A stretch of 64,000 nt of DNA from the human T2T-CHM13v2.0 reference genome, Homo sapiens: assembly GCF_009914755.1 (NCBI RefSeq), contig NC_060929.1; one strand, 5' to 3'. Each line of letters opens with the position of its first letter. The stretch's first letter is position 1. Both the position numbers and the translations under genes were made by a program. A model generated the notes under the pieces. The model saw only the letters and a list, made by a program, of their open reading frames with translations, searched no databases and was not told the origin of the DNA. Of the stretch, positions 14,780-30,638 are shown piece after piece.

Positions 14780-15040
14780 GGATGATGAGGATGTGCCAGC
14801 CATATCAAGGTACAAAGCTCTGGCAGGGGGAATGTTTGCAGGGGGCATGTGTGGCGATACAAAGGCACCGAGGCAGGAACAAGCCTTGTTTGTACAAGAA
14901 ACAAAAATGACAATGAGGCTGGAGCACAGCAGTCAATGAGGGTGTGTCAGCAGGCCGTGGTAAAGATGAGCTCCCTCCTGCACGAGAGCCGGACAGGGTG
15001 CGAGCAAGAGGACAATACGATCTGATGACCCTTTGCTGAT
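14780..15040 (-). mobile_element. LINE-2 fragment
   Basis: Purine-rich antisense L2 pattern (caaaggcaccgaggcaggaa...gaggctggagc). Confidence 0.45.
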
Positions 15041-16171
15041 GAGTTTATACCTGTGTCCTAATGAGGCCTGCAAATCTTGTCATTTGGAGCCAGAATAATG
15101 CACAAGGCTCTTGACTCATAAGGGTTATCTATGATCTTTGGGGTCAATAAGCAGAAGAGCTGATATATATTAAGTACGGGTTAACCTAGTTAGTGTCATA
15201 TTTAATAAATTTGAGCTGAGCTACAAATGTGCATATTGGATCAGGGACTACCTATGCTATTAACGAAAAAATATCTTCTCTATAAGGGAAATGATGCCTC
15301 TCTGCTCTACAATGTGTTTTGTGATCGTGCATGAGCATATAAGAAAAGGAAGAATACATAACATGATATATTATGATTTCAACACGAACCTTCCAGCCAG
15401 GATCCACAAGAGGCTGACAAGGTCTGCCCATGATCAGGATGGCTGTGAAATGGAAAAGAGAACTTTTCAGATAGGAAGCACAGAAACTGTGGGTTCCTTA
15501 GGGGCCTGTAGCTAATCTGGTACTCCTTATGGCATATGTTTGGAGGTTGGACTTACTCCCTCAAAATGACTGCAATCAAATGAAATCACAGGTAATGTGG
15601 CTTCAACCCAGCCATGGACCATTTTTTAAAGTAACTTTATATGGGGATTGCTTGTGCTTATTTTTCACTCTTGTTTCCCTCCAGTTTTAATTTGATGTTT
15701 CTTCTTATCAATCCCTAGACACCTTCTTAAAGACTTTCCACAACATTGGATTCCATTTAGTTAATAACAAAAATAGGTGGCAAAGTTGGTTTTATATAAT
15801 ATTGCCTTATAAATGATGTCAGTATACATGCACACAAAGAAACTCCCAGAATTTTACAGGCAAATATCCAGTTGATAGGAATGGGGTGAGGGGGTGGAAG
15901 GTCAGATGACAGAAAGAACTTGGAAGTGTTCATAAGGTAACTAAACCCAAAATTGCTGCTGCAAATATAAGGTTATAATACAATCAATACAATACCAATA
16001 TCTGTCCTATTCCTTGTACTTTTACCAACTATATTGCTCTACACGAACCCTGCAGATAACTTATTGATATATGTATCATGGATGCATATTCTTAGCTATG
16101 AAGCATTAATTTTTCTGTTACTATCCACGTTTAATCAAATAATAAAACAACAATAAGAATAAGTAAGAACA

Positions 16172-16650
<479 letters not shown>

Positions 16651-18719
16651 TGCAAGAGCATCTCCTTCACGACTGTCTGCTAAGACACAGCTCATGCTCC
16701 TTTCCTGTATGGAGTCTTCACTCTCCTTTAACACTGACATCTCCTTCCTATGAATGACTGAAGCAGTTCATTTCTGTGCCATTATGTGTTATGCTTAACA
16801 CATGGTGCCTTGTTTCATAATTTGCACTATCACCACAGGTGTTAAATTCCACATGCAGACTTTCATATGGTCACAGATCTAGAAGAACAAAACAAAATAC
16901 AGTAAATGACAACGAAAATAGAAATTAAAATATCTTCCCATCAATCACCAACCCTAATGATTATAAAATTATTGTAGGAAGAATAAATATCCAGTTCTTG
17001 AACGAAAACAAGTTCATGTATCATCTGGACCCCCTATATGTCTACACGGCTCTGGGGGACCTCTTATCAGTCATTTTCCTGCTGCCCACTACTTGCTTTC
17101 AATACAGGAAAGGCCCTAGAGACCTTGCACATGATTTCCACAGAACAATCTCCTATTCTTACCCTTAATAACTGCTGTTCATCTATGAGAGCCACCTACA
17201 TGCCTGTAACTCACACAAACCTCACACAACATTAGCCTTTGTCTCAATACTCTCTCTTCCAGATCCTGCTTTCTTCTCACTTAACCTTTTTCTCAGTAGC
17301 AAAATTCATTCATTAATGGGGTGAAATCAGTGTCCCCATAAAACTCTGAGCACCACAAGGGCAGGTACCATACCTATTTTGTATTCAGCACTCTTTCCTT
17401 AACACCTATACTTACCACAGTATAAGCACACTCTAGGGACTACCAGATATAGACTGAAAGATCCCTCCCCATCCCTTTATTTGCCATTTATTTAAGGAAC
17501 TGGCAAAATAAGGGAGAAAAAATAATACAGTTGAATTGTTACTGTACTTTTTACAACTGTCAATCATATTCATTCATCATAACAACTGTGATCAATCGGA
17601 TTAAATATCTAAAATATTTAAGGTTCAACTGGTTTATGCTACAATTAAACATGTGAAAACTCGACAATTTTATCAGATTGGCCATAAAATATTTTAATCT
17701 CATGATGAATTCATCTATTGAGAGTTATTACATCTTTTAAGCAAAATAGCACCCACATTTCCCATACACAATGCTTTTTACAGATTTACTAATGTTTCAA
17801 CCACTGAACAATTCTGTAATCACATTTGCTGGACAACTCCGTTCTTAGTAAATTGTAGAGCTCAGTTGTAAATGCTGTTGTTTTAATAATATTTTGTAGC
17901 ATTTTAAAAGATACATAATCCCTAATGTTTAACACAGAGGTTTATAACCAATTCTCTATGAGAGCTAAGTACTGTTAAGCTCATCTGTAAATTTCACCGT
18001 TTTAGTATCTTAATTGGATTTCAGGTAATTATAGCTAAGATTCTATAATGCACATAAGAATTGTTTCAGCTACAAAAATAGGAAAAATTTAAAATATACA
18101 CATGCCTTTACTGCTTATAAAAATTACAAGCCAGCGGCTATTTGTTTTTATAAAAGTGCTATAATTTACCTTACAACAGATATGTAAAGAAACTAAACCA
18201 GGTAATTTAGGTACCAATTAGAACTTTTACTTTACTTTTATTCAAGCAGTGACATAATCTACCACAGTTGTAGCATTTAAATACAATAGGTTTTTGAAGA
18301 AGGTTGGCACATCTCCGTTACTCCAGGGTCTTGCATAAAACATGTCAACCCCCTAAATATTGCAAATATAGGGCATTGTACCAAGTCTGCCTAAATTGCC
18401 ATCTACACATTACTATAACAGTAGAGGTTTTCTCTCAATAAAACATAATTTTCTTTTGTTGCTAAAAGGTAAATAATGTTTTCAGAAATCTTTCTATGGT
18501 AAGTATTTTGAAGTGATCTTGTTCTAAAAGGTACTGGAATGCTCTTCCTGTTACTGCCCTCTAAGATGTAAACTATAGAAAATGACTTGAACAGAAAACA
18601 ACCTCTCCCACATACATGTTCTGACATACATAAGTCCATTTTTTACGTCTGTACTGCATGATCACCAGTGTATGTGATGGTTTCGAGTCTTTGAGTTTTA
18701 TGTTTCAAAAAGTCTTAGA

Positions 18720-19600
18720 GTCCCATTCAGCCTTCTCTGCTCAACTCTAGACTTGTATCATCTACTGCCTATTGGACCCCTCCACTCAGACATCTGATAA
18801 ACCTCTGCCACATGACACAGCATAATACCACATAACAGAACCGCAAAATAAAAACATAACAAACATGATCTACTGAACCTCTCCCACCCAAACTTCATTT
18901 TCTCCTCTATCAGTGAATAGAATGCCATCCTTCCAGTTGCTATGCCAAAAACTGGGAGTCATCTTTTATCCAGCTATTTCTTATACTCCATCCAATCTGT
19001 CAGCAAATTCTTTGACCTTCAGAACATAACCAGAAGATGATCACCTCTCTCGCCATCTCTCCTCTGAATGCCATTGTCCAAACCGATGTCATCTTTTGTT
19101 CAGGCCCTCTGCAAGGGCCTGCTATCTGAGCTACCATCCCCACCCCACAATTGAGCAGAGCAGTCAGAAGAATCCTTGCAAAACATGAACTCGATCACGT
19201 CCCTTCTCTGCTCAAAACTCTGCAGTGTGAAAGCCAAAGGGCCCTCACAGTGGCCTACAGAGTCCACTTGATGTGTTCTCCCATCATCTCTCTGAAGTGA
19301 TGACTACATTTCCTATGATTTGTCTTTGTGCCTGTGTGCCAGCCATGATTGGACTCCTTGGCATTTCTTGAGTATACTCGGCATTCTCACACCTTAGGGA
19401 CCCAATTTACTGTATCTACAAGGCTCCCATCCCTATCTTGTTGAAATATTAGCTCAAATGATGTCTTCTCAATGTAACCTACCCTGACTACCCTATTTAT
19501 TAATAGAACTTCCAACAATGCCCCTATCATTTTGTGCCCAATCCCTCTAAACTTGCTCTGTGGTTTTCTATAGCACTTGTTGCCTCATTAGATAATCTAT
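18720..19600 (+). mobile_element. LINE-2 fragment
   Basis: ccttccagttgct..gccaaaaactgggagtcatc; ctctgctcaaaactc; ctcaaatg..gtcttctc. Confidence 0.7.
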
Positions 19601-22123
19601 ACTCAAATTGGGTGAAATGGAATTAAATGGGAAATAGAAATTAAGACTTCTTTCAACTACTGATTTAAACAAATTTCCACATTTATATTATCTAAATATG
19701 GACCAATTGTTAGGAAACTTTTCTCAAAGATTGTCCTGTTTTAACCAACTTACTACTAGAAATTTTCCATTTAAAATATTCCATTTAAAATGAATAATTT
19801 ATGGAAAATAGAAATTTTCCATTAAAATGAAGGCATTTGTTATAGTAATTCATGTTTACTATAGTATTTTCAGGACAGCTGGTCAAATTTTGGGACGGTT
19901 CCCTCTCAAATCTTGGAATTTGTTCAAGTATGCACTAACAACATGACATTTTCTTACTTTGAAGGCACCATGGTTTTGAAAAAATTTATTCCATCTATTC
20001 AAAGACTTCTTCCCAAAAGTACATTCATGGAGTATGGTTTTAGGAAACTGGAAAACTTGATGCATTTCTTACCATTAGTTCTAAAACAGACATTTCCATG
20101 CCTTGCCCTATAATCCTAAAAGGTTGATATTTTTGAAGAGTTACTCAAAAAATAACAATCATATTACTACCATTTCACCTGCTTTCTCATTCCCTAGCCC
20201 TTATTTCAAAAAGGAGTCTTCATTTTGCCATAATTATTAGAACATTGTTTCTTGGCTATACGACAATTTATCTCCTTTGAGACATTGGCCAGCTCTTCTG
20301 TTTTCAGCCTCCTGAGAGTTCTCAAACTGCTTTATATTTGCTGTCAGTGCACAGAAGATGAGAAAAACAAGCACTATATTAAACTGAATATGAATAAAAT
20401 AGAGTGAATATCATTTGAATACACAAGATAAACAGTTTTCTGTATCCCATTCAAGAGAAAAATTCGGGCTAACATGAAATATAAAGACTAGTTAGACTTC
20501 AAAATTCAATGTATACAGCTCAGAGTTAGATTTGGAGTCTCTGTACTGCTTGGCTGTCCCTAGTTTAGCAATGCAACCTGAGTACATCTATTTTCTCGTA
20601 TTTCATTTAACCTTTGAACTTACACGAAAATGTCCACGTGTTTAAATTGTGTTTTCCTAAGAAAGTTAAAAGCTTTTTCTTTATGAAAAGAAATTATGTG
20701 TTGATATTCATCTGTATTCTCCACAGTACAGAGCACACTGTTATGCAAATAGATGTTCAATAATAAAACTGTTGATTGCCAAACAATTGTTGTTTCTTAG
20801 TGTAAATGGTATATCCCGAAAATATTCTCTCTCAGGACTTGAGGGCTGTAGTTCTCAAAGGATTTTGCTCAATGGGAATAAATCAAATTATGGGGCCAGA
20901 TATATCACACCAGGACCTCATGCACAATAGCTTCCTTAGCTTAGGAACCAATTATTTTTGATTGGTGTAAGCATTACATGGACAGCTGCTACCAGGACAA
21001 TAAAAATTATTAATAACTTCCGGCAGTAAATTCAATTATTGTGATTATAGATGCTTGGATATGTGTTACATGGGCAAACCAGGAAGTGAAAGAACCTCCT
21101 TTTTAATGCTGATTTTCATAAAAATAATCAAATCTGAGCACTGGAAGGCCAACTTAACAATTGCTTGGCAAACTCATGTGCTACAGTCAGCATAAAATGA
21201 TAATCACCATCCACACTTTGCCTCTTCTATCAAAGTACCACTTCTGTCCAAACCAAATTTGAGAATAATAAAATCGCATATTGGAAGCAACATATTTAAC
21301 ACAAGATAATAGGCAATTTAACAGTCTGATGCAGTGTTGTCTGACACAAAGAGATGGTTTTACACCTCCAAATTCTACAATTATCTTCAACGTTCTCTAC
21401 AAAATAGATATAATAGATAACTGAAATCAGCAGAAGTACACCTAGGACTAAGAGCTCCTGATGTCAGGTTTTATTTAGGGTACATCTAAAGCAGAACTCC
21501 ACGTTCTTTTAGCAGTTCGGGCCTGCTCTGCTGATTCACCACTGCTGCATCATGAATTGATCAGGATCACGAACGTCATGTTTCACTGCTCTGCTCAGGT
21601 CAGTGTGTCCACGTCCTAATTACTGCTTGACTTGCTTTGTCTTCCTCAGTCACAGGAAGCCACTCCCCACAACGAAAGGCAGGCTTCCAAGAGGTCACTC
21701 GAGGGACGCCACCAGCAAAGGCCTTGACCAACCTCCGCTGCCTGAAAAAAAGGGTCAGGTCCCAGAGACAAATCGTTCTTCAATTTTAACGGCAGACAAA
21801 TGATGCTGTTCTTCCTAGAAAGTTCTATTGCCAGTATTTAGTAGAAATCATTATTGTACTACTTAGAAATGTGGATGCCACAATAAGCAGATGCGAAATG
21901 TGACATTTTGATTATTTACAAATCCTCTGACCATGATTCTTGCAAAACAAATATGATCATCTTACAACCAAAGGGAGTTAAAATTGTATCTCAAAGTCTC
22001 ACCTTTCTCCTCTAGAAAGGCCACTCAGCTTACTGGTCCCAGCACCTGGCTGACTCTCCAGCAGACCTAGGATTAGCACTCCCGCTGCCTTTCCTGGATC
22101 CACCATCTACCTGTCTGGTGTAA

Positions 22124-22355
22124 GGCAGGCTTTCTCAGCCACAGGACTGCTAACATCACAGGACAGATAACTGTGTTGTAGGGGGGCTCTCCTTTGTATT
22201 GTAAGATGTGAGTGGCATTCCTGGACTTTACAGCCTAACTTAAGAGCAGCCCTGCCATGCCTCCTCCACCAGTTGTGATGTGCAAAATGCCTCCCGTCAG
22301 TGCTCAGTGTCCCTCAGGTGGCAAAACTGTCTCCACTTGAGAGCTACTAGTCTAC
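22124..22355. mobile_element. MER20 (hAT-Charlie)
   Basis: tttctcagcc...gacagataa...tgtaagatg...ggcaaaa...ttgagagctact. Confidence 0.75.
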
Positions 22356-22360
22356 AGTGA

Positions 22361-22732
<372 letters not shown>

Positions 22733-23096
22733 TAAAATGGGCTGATTTAAGAATATGAGATGGAGAAGAGCATATTTACAAGCATATTCACAAAAGTTCC
22801 TTTCAGAACTAGGACTATATTGCTTGGAAGTTCTCTTTTTTTGTTTGGCAGCCTATCTGTCACTGAAAGGAAGAAATTTCAAAGAGCCTGATATGGGAAG
22901 AACTATGTGTTTTGAGAAAGGGAGAGAATTTATCAATAACTTCAAAAAGAAAGGGAAAAGAGAAAAAGGAATTACTAAAGGAGAATAACTGTCAACCTCT
23001 TTCGGTGTCAATTAACTAAATAAACTCTTGATATAATTCATTTTTATTAATAGAGACCAGCAAAGAAGACAGATTTTCACTTCTAAGTTGGATCAG

Positions 23097-23922
<826 letters not shown>

Positions 23923-26014
23923 GTCAGGTATAACCAATGCATCATGTGAGGACACAGGACTTGGTTAAGAGGAAGCCTGAGCAGGATGTTCAAATCTCAG
24001 TTGCCCTATAAATGGAAGTATGGGCCAAGGTTAACCATCTACAAAAATTAGGAGGTCCCCACTGACAGCTCTGACACAGGAAATTTAAAAACAAATACAT
24101 TTCAGAGACTGGGAGAACTGAAGGAGATTTTGTAACTAAAGTGTGCAGCACAGTGCCTGGCACATCCTACGTGCTAAATGTTTTTCGTGGATCTCCTACT
24201 GCATTTTTCCTACAAACAGAAAAGCTTTTGCCACAATGTAATCACCTTTCCCATGTTGTCCTAATAACAAACTACACTACTGCTCATGCAAAATAACGCA
24301 CAGGGAGAAAGAGAAATCACATGCCATTAGGCTTCTCTTGGAATTCTTCGCGTGATCAATAATGGCATTCTCTTCTGTGTGGTCCCAATCAATACATGAT
24401 TCTAGTTATCATGAACTCACTCCAAGACACTGCCTCCCTGACACCTTATCACGAGCAGTAGATAAGCTGTAACAATTTTTCTAGATATCTGCAAGCACAT
24501 CTATCACTGTGACAAATGCATGATGTGGCATTATATCTTCTCTTCTTAGCCTTGTTTTAATATCACAAGTCTGTATTTAATACCACAAGGTTCTGATCCA
24601 AGCTCACATTTTAACGCTTTCTGGACTGCCAATGCATAATGACCTTTCTTGACTATCCAGCTGGTTGGCTGGTACAAAATACTGTGAAGCCAGGGACAGT
24701 TTCAACAAGCCGAGTTATTCCAGAGAAGGATGAACTTGCTAGAGGCTGTGGTACTAATTTTATTGCATGTTAATTCTAGCCAGGAAAATTGCCCTTTGCT
24801 CAGACTTTGCATTGATTTCAGAGAAAAGTCCAATAATTATTTGAGGCAAGAAATAATGGCTGTTTTTGTTTTTACTTGGGGGAAGAAAATACAAAATCAC
24901 AGAAAACATTACAGGCAAGGAATAACATCTCAGATTATTATAATCAGCCAATCAGAACTTTAACGAGCTGTTTAAGATTTTCTCTCTCTTCCACATGGAG
25001 ATGTCAGTTCTGTTTCATTAACAGGATACTCAGTCACATTGGCAGAAAATCCTGTGGCTACTGTTTGAGAATGAGTGATCATTATTTTTAGAATTATTGT
25101 GTATTAGACCAGAAAGTAACTCAAAAGACCCACCAGTTTTGCCATTAGTTATAGATACTGAGACCATTCATTCATTCATTCATTCATTCAATAATATCTA
25201 TGCTCTATAAAGCCTGTGCTGGTCTCAACTAGTCAAAGACACTGACCCTAAATCACCCAGCAAATCAGTGATAAAGCTGTGATTCCAAGCCAAGAACTTT
25301 GGCAGATCACTGTAATCAATACACCTAGTAAAACACCAACTTACACTGTGACTTCATTAAAATAATGTACTATTTATAAATTGTAAGAATTTATGAAAAA
25401 CAGAAACAGTGTAAGCAGCGCTGGACATCTAGAATGCCTCACTGTTTTATGATCTAAGGCACATCAGATTGTTTTTCCCAATTATCATGGAGCTAGTTCC
25501 CTACACTTCACCTCAGTGCTCTTTTGTCAACCAAGATAAACCCCTGATGGCGAAGCAGGGGCAGGATAGACAGAGTCCCCAGGTGGAGTACTAGAACTAA
25601 CACTTACCATTATGTGTGACCTCTGACAGGTCACTTCACCTGCAGGCACAGCTAGAGCAAGCAGTGACGCATGCGCAGGGGTGTCCCTTGCCTCCAATGC
25701 AGCCACCATCCCAGCTGTGGTGCTGAGGATCACACTAGCCCCAACTAAGACCTGCGGCTGGACTCCTGCCTCTGCTCTGTCAGGACAGTCTTTGGGTGCT
25801 CCAGGGTGGTGATTGGGGTGTGAATTCCACCATAGGGCAGTCTGATGTGGGAAACACTAATGACAGACCCAAGCTACCAGTTTGAACATCATCTTACCTT
25901 CAAAAGAGGTATGAAACCCACTGAAAGTAAATTAATCAAACTAATGATCTTTGGTGTTAAATGACTGAATATTCAGAATCAAGGGGATCATGGAGTTTGC
26001 CTGCTCTTTAAAAG

Positions 26015-27285
26015 TATCCAACTCAACAAGAAGAAGAAAATGCAAAAGGAGCAAATGACTTGAATAGACATTACTCCTAAGAAGATTGCTATCGTTTCAA
26101 TATTTGTCCCCTCCAAAATGCACGTTGAAACTTAATCCTCAATGTGGCAGTACTGAGAGATAGGGCCTTTAAGAGGTAATTGGATCATGAGGGATCTAAG
26201 TTCATGAATAAATTTATTCATTAATAGATTAATGAGTTACCATGGGAGTGGGACTGATGGCTTTGTAAGAAGAGGAAAAAAGACCTGAGCTAGCGTGCTC
26301 AGCCCTCTTGCCATGTGAGGCCCTCCACAGCCTTGGGACCATGCAGAGTCTCCAGCAGCAAGAAGGTATTCACAAGATACGGCCCCTGGACCTTAGACTT
26401 CTCAGCCTCAATAAATGTAAGAAATACATTCCCTTTATTTATAAATTAGCCAGTTTTACATTTTTGGTTATAAGCAACCGAACACAGACAAGACAAAGAC
26501 ACCCAAATGGCCAATATGCACAAGAAAAAACACCCAACATCAACAGTCATTAGGGAAGCGCAAATCAAAATTAGAGTATACCACTTCATATCCATTAGAA
26601 TGGCCATACTTTAAAACATGGAAAATACGTGTTGGTGAAAATGTGGACAAACTGGAACCCTCATGCATTGCTAACAGGCATGTGAAATGGTACAGTCTAT
26701 TCACTCAAAACAGGTAAACACAGAATTGCCATATGATGCACCAACCCCACTCTTAGGTATATACCCAAAAGAACTGAAAACAAAGACTCAGATACTTGCA
26801 CACCAATGTTCACAGCAGCATTATTCACAATTGCCAAAAGGTGAAAGCAACTCGAATGTCAATTGATGGATGAATGGGCAAACAACATGTGGTTTATTCA
26901 TACAATGGAATATTATTCTGACATAAGAAGGTGCCAACTTCTGACACATGCCACAACATGGATTAACCTTGAAAGTATCATGCTGAGTGAAATAAGCCTG
27001 ATACAAAAGGTCAAATAATATGTGATTCCACCTATATGAAGTACCAAGAATAGCCAAATTCATAAAGACAGGAAGTAGACTGATGTTGGCTATGGGCTGC
27101 AAGAATGGAAAGATGGAGAATTACTGTTTAATTGGTACAGAGCTGCTATTCGAAATAATGCAAAAGTTCTGGAAATGATAATGACGGTTGCACAGCATCA
27201 TCAGTGTATATAATGCCACTTACTTCTATACTTAAAAACGGCTAAGGTGGTAAATTTTATGTATGCTTTAATGCAATAAAAACAT
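26015..27285 (+). mobile_element. L1MB-type 3' fragment, interrupted by an MST LTR
   Basis: ORF2-end and 3'UTR motifs resume on both sides of 26087-26495. Confidence 0.85.
26087..26495 (+). mobile_element. MST-type MaLR solo LTR
   Basis: tgctat..tgtcccctccaaaa...aagaca; TSD aagat/aagac. Confidence 0.85.
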
Positions 27286-27702
27286 ATCTATTTTTCAAAA
27301 GTATTTTGTCCAAGAGGTACACTAGAAGGTGAGGAGACAAGTCAATTTAGTCCAAATATGTGTATTTCCTTTTCCTGTGCCAGAAGGGGGTCACTAAGGT
27401 GTTAGGAACAAAATGCAAAAAAATAAGGAAACAAGAAATATTCTAATTCCCCTGACACAACCGTAATTGGTAGCAGGATGAAAATCTCAAAATGTCTGCA
27501 CCTTGAGAATATTAGAGAGGCCTTGAAGAAGCATGAAACCACCCGGCAAATACTTACACATAGACTGATTTAGAGTGGAAAAATGGTCATATTGCATCCA
27601 CTACCACAATGCCTAGCAAAAGAGCCCAATGGAGAAAATCAAAAGGGAGAATATAGCACTGCGATAGGGGTTGGGTCCACGGAAAGCCTCTGCAAATCTA
27701 CA

Positions 27703-27920
27703 TCAGTGGTTCTCATTCATAGGCAATTCTGTCCCCTAGGAGGCATTTGGCAATCCCTAGAGACATTATTGGTTGTTACAGCTGGGTGGTGGAGTTCTGC
27801 AGGCGTCTAGCAGAGGCTTGCGATGCTGCTCAATAGCCTGTAATGCAAAGGACAGCCCACAACAACAGTTATCCAGTCCATAATGCCAATAGTGCTGAAA
27901 TGGAGAGCTGTCAGCTACAT
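27703..27920. mobile_element. MER20 (hAT-Charlie)
   Basis: cagtggttctc...catttggcaat..ctagagacatt..tggttgttaca...gatgctgct..ggacagccc. Confidence 0.8.
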
Positions 27921-28439
27921 GAAAGCTGAGCCTTCTATGTAGTTGGTCAATCAGTTAAGATGGAATGACAGGTACACTCATGAGCGAGCTGTACAGTCAG
28001 CAAACTTGGAGATGAATTTGCTTACAAAGAATATGCTTCTGCAGAATTCCCTGACTTAAGTAAGCTCGAGGATAAACAGACTCTCCCTTGGCTCAATTCC
28101 CTATAAAAGGAAGTGAAAAAATGCATCAAGTGCCTAGTCGGCTTTTACAGAGCAAAGCAAGAAAACCTGTCCTTTCCACATCTCCTGAAGAGCAGAGAAT
28201 GGTTTGGTCCTTGCTGTTGCTACCATTCTGCTCACTCAGTTCAGTCATGAAGAGGTGGCCCCAGCATGTGCTAGTGCAAGAACTGGCAGGAAAATGGAAG
28301 TTAATGCCTGGAGGGAAACTTCCACAAATTCAAACAGTCAGGTGCAGAGGACAAACTTATTACCTACTGATAAGACATAACTCTGTAATCTCAATTTATG
28401 GAAAACTAACCTTTGGTGGAGACACAGGGGTAAGGTTTC

Positions 28440-28791
28440 TGCAACAGAATGAAGGTTTGTGTCCCCCAAAAATTCAAATGTTGAAATCCTAATTCCCAGT
28501 GTAATGGTATTTGGAGACAGGGGTCTTTGGCAGGTAATTAGGTTTAGGTAAGGTCATGAGGGTAGAGCTTCCATGAATGGGATTTGCCCTCTTGCAAGAA
28601 GAGGCCAGAGAGTTATCTAGGTCTTTCCACCATATAAGAATATAACCAGAAGTCAGCTAACCCCTGCTCAGAAGGGGGGCCCTCATTCTCAGACTACCAG
28701 CCCTCAGAACTATGTGAAGTAAATTTCTGCCATTTGTAAATTTCCAAGTCTATGGTAACTTGTTCTAGCAGGCACAAACTGACTTAAGACA
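28440..28791 (+). mobile_element. MLT1A/MSTD-like MaLR LTR
   Basis: tgtgtcccccaaaaattc..atgttgaaatcctaa...aagaca. Confidence 0.8.
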
Positions 28792-28879
28792 GCGTTCCTC
28801 TAAGCCATCTCTCATGTTTACATGGCTTAGTCTGTAGATGATACCACATAGAGACAGAGAAGTCTGTTAATTTCCCTAT

Positions 28880-29015
28880 GCCATAGTTTCCTCATCTGTA
28901 AAACAAGGATAAAAACAGTCCCTGTCTAACAGGATTATTAGGGGGATTCAGGGAGTTAATATTCGTAAAGGACTTGGAATAATAAAAAAGTGCTACATAT
29001 GTATTTATAAAATAA
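28880..29015 (+). mobile_element. MIR fragment
   Basis: agtttcctcatctgtaaaa core. Confidence 0.75.
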
Positions 29016-29444
29016 AGACTGTAAAGAGCTATCATATTAGAGGCAGCCTATCTGATTAGCATCATTTCTTTAAGAACGATCAGACTTAAAAGAATTTGTA
29101 TTTTAAAGAAGAAAAGATAATAAAATCTTTAGGAATTTAACTGAGAGTTTACCAAGATTTCATCAGTATACCAAAGAAAGACTTTCTGGCACCCTCTAGA
29201 GATTTTATTTTTGTCTCTAAATAATCTTCATAATGTTGTTCATATTTTAGTATTTTCAAATGAAACAACTCTTCACAACTTATTGTGAGACTTGAGATTG
29301 GACAAGCCCGAGACACAATTATACTAGTAAGAGTTTTCACTGTCAAATTTCTTATTCTAATATTGGGAAGCAGAAATGATTACATAGTTTTAGGGGGAGG
29401 CGTAAAGATGTAGGATATTTCCTACAGAAAAATCTATTCATTCT

Positions 29445-30638
29445 TTTTTATTATTATCACAAGTTCTGGGACACATGTGCAGAATACACGTGCCATGGTG
29501 GTTTGCTGCATCCATCAACCTGTCATCTACATTAGGTATTTCTCCTAATGCTATCCCTCCCCTAGCCCCCCACCCCTCAACATGCCCTGGTGTGTGATGT
29601 TCCCCTCCCTGTGTCCATGTGTTCTCATGGTTCAACTCCCACTTATGAGTGAGAACATGGGGTGTTTGGTTTTCTGTTCCTGTGTTAGTTTTCTGAGAAT
29701 GATGGTTTACGGCTTCATCCGTGTCCCTGCAAAGGACATGAATTCATCCTTTTTTATGGCTGTATAGTATTCCATGGTGTATACGTGCCACATTTTATTT
29801 ATCCAGTCTATCACTGATGGGCATTTGGGTTGGTTCCAAGTCTTTGTTATTGTGAATAGCGCTGCAATAAACACATGTGTGCATGTGTCTTTATAGTAGT
29901 ATGATTTACAATCCTTTGAATAGATACCCAGTAATGGGATGGCTGCATCAAATGGTATTTCTGCTTCTAGATCCTTGAGGAATCGCCATACTGTCTTCCA
30001 CAATGGTTGAACTAATTGACACTCCTATTAACAGTGTAAAAGCATTCCTATTTCTCCACATCCTCTCCAGCATCTGTTGTTTCCTGACTTTTTAATGATT
30101 GCCATTTTAACTGGCATGAGATGGTATGTCATTATGGTTTTGATTTGCATTTCTCAAATGACCAGTGATGATGAGCTTTTTTTCATGTTTGTTGGCTGCA
30201 TAAATGTCTTTTGAGAAGTGTCTGTTCATATCCTTTGTCCACTTTTTGATGGGGTTGTTTTTTTTCTTGTAAATTTGTTTAAGTTCCTTGCAGATTCTGG
30301 ATAGTTGTTGGGAAAACTGGCTAGCCATATGCAGAAAACTGAAACTGGACCCCTTCCTTATACCTTATACAAAAATTAAGACAGATTAAAGACTTCAACA
30401 TAAATACTAAAACCATAAAAACCCTAGAAGAAAACCTAGGCAATACCATTCAGGACATAGGCATTGACAAAGACTTCATGACTAAAACACCAAAAGCAAT
30501 GCCAACAAAAGCCAAAATCGACAAATGGGATCTAATTAAACTAAAGAGCTTCTGCGCAGCAAAAGAAACTATTGTCAGAGCGAACAGGCAACCTACAGAA
30601 TGGGAGAAAATTTTTGCAATCTATCCAACAAAGGGCTA
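29445..30638 (-). mobile_element. L1PA (PA7/8-like), 5'-truncated and 5'-inverted: minus 29445-~30303, plus ~30306-30638
   Basis: The two pieces are adjacent in L1 (..acaaagggcta | tatccagaatct..). TSD ctattcattct (29434-29444) / ctattccttct (30636-30646). Confidence 0.92.
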
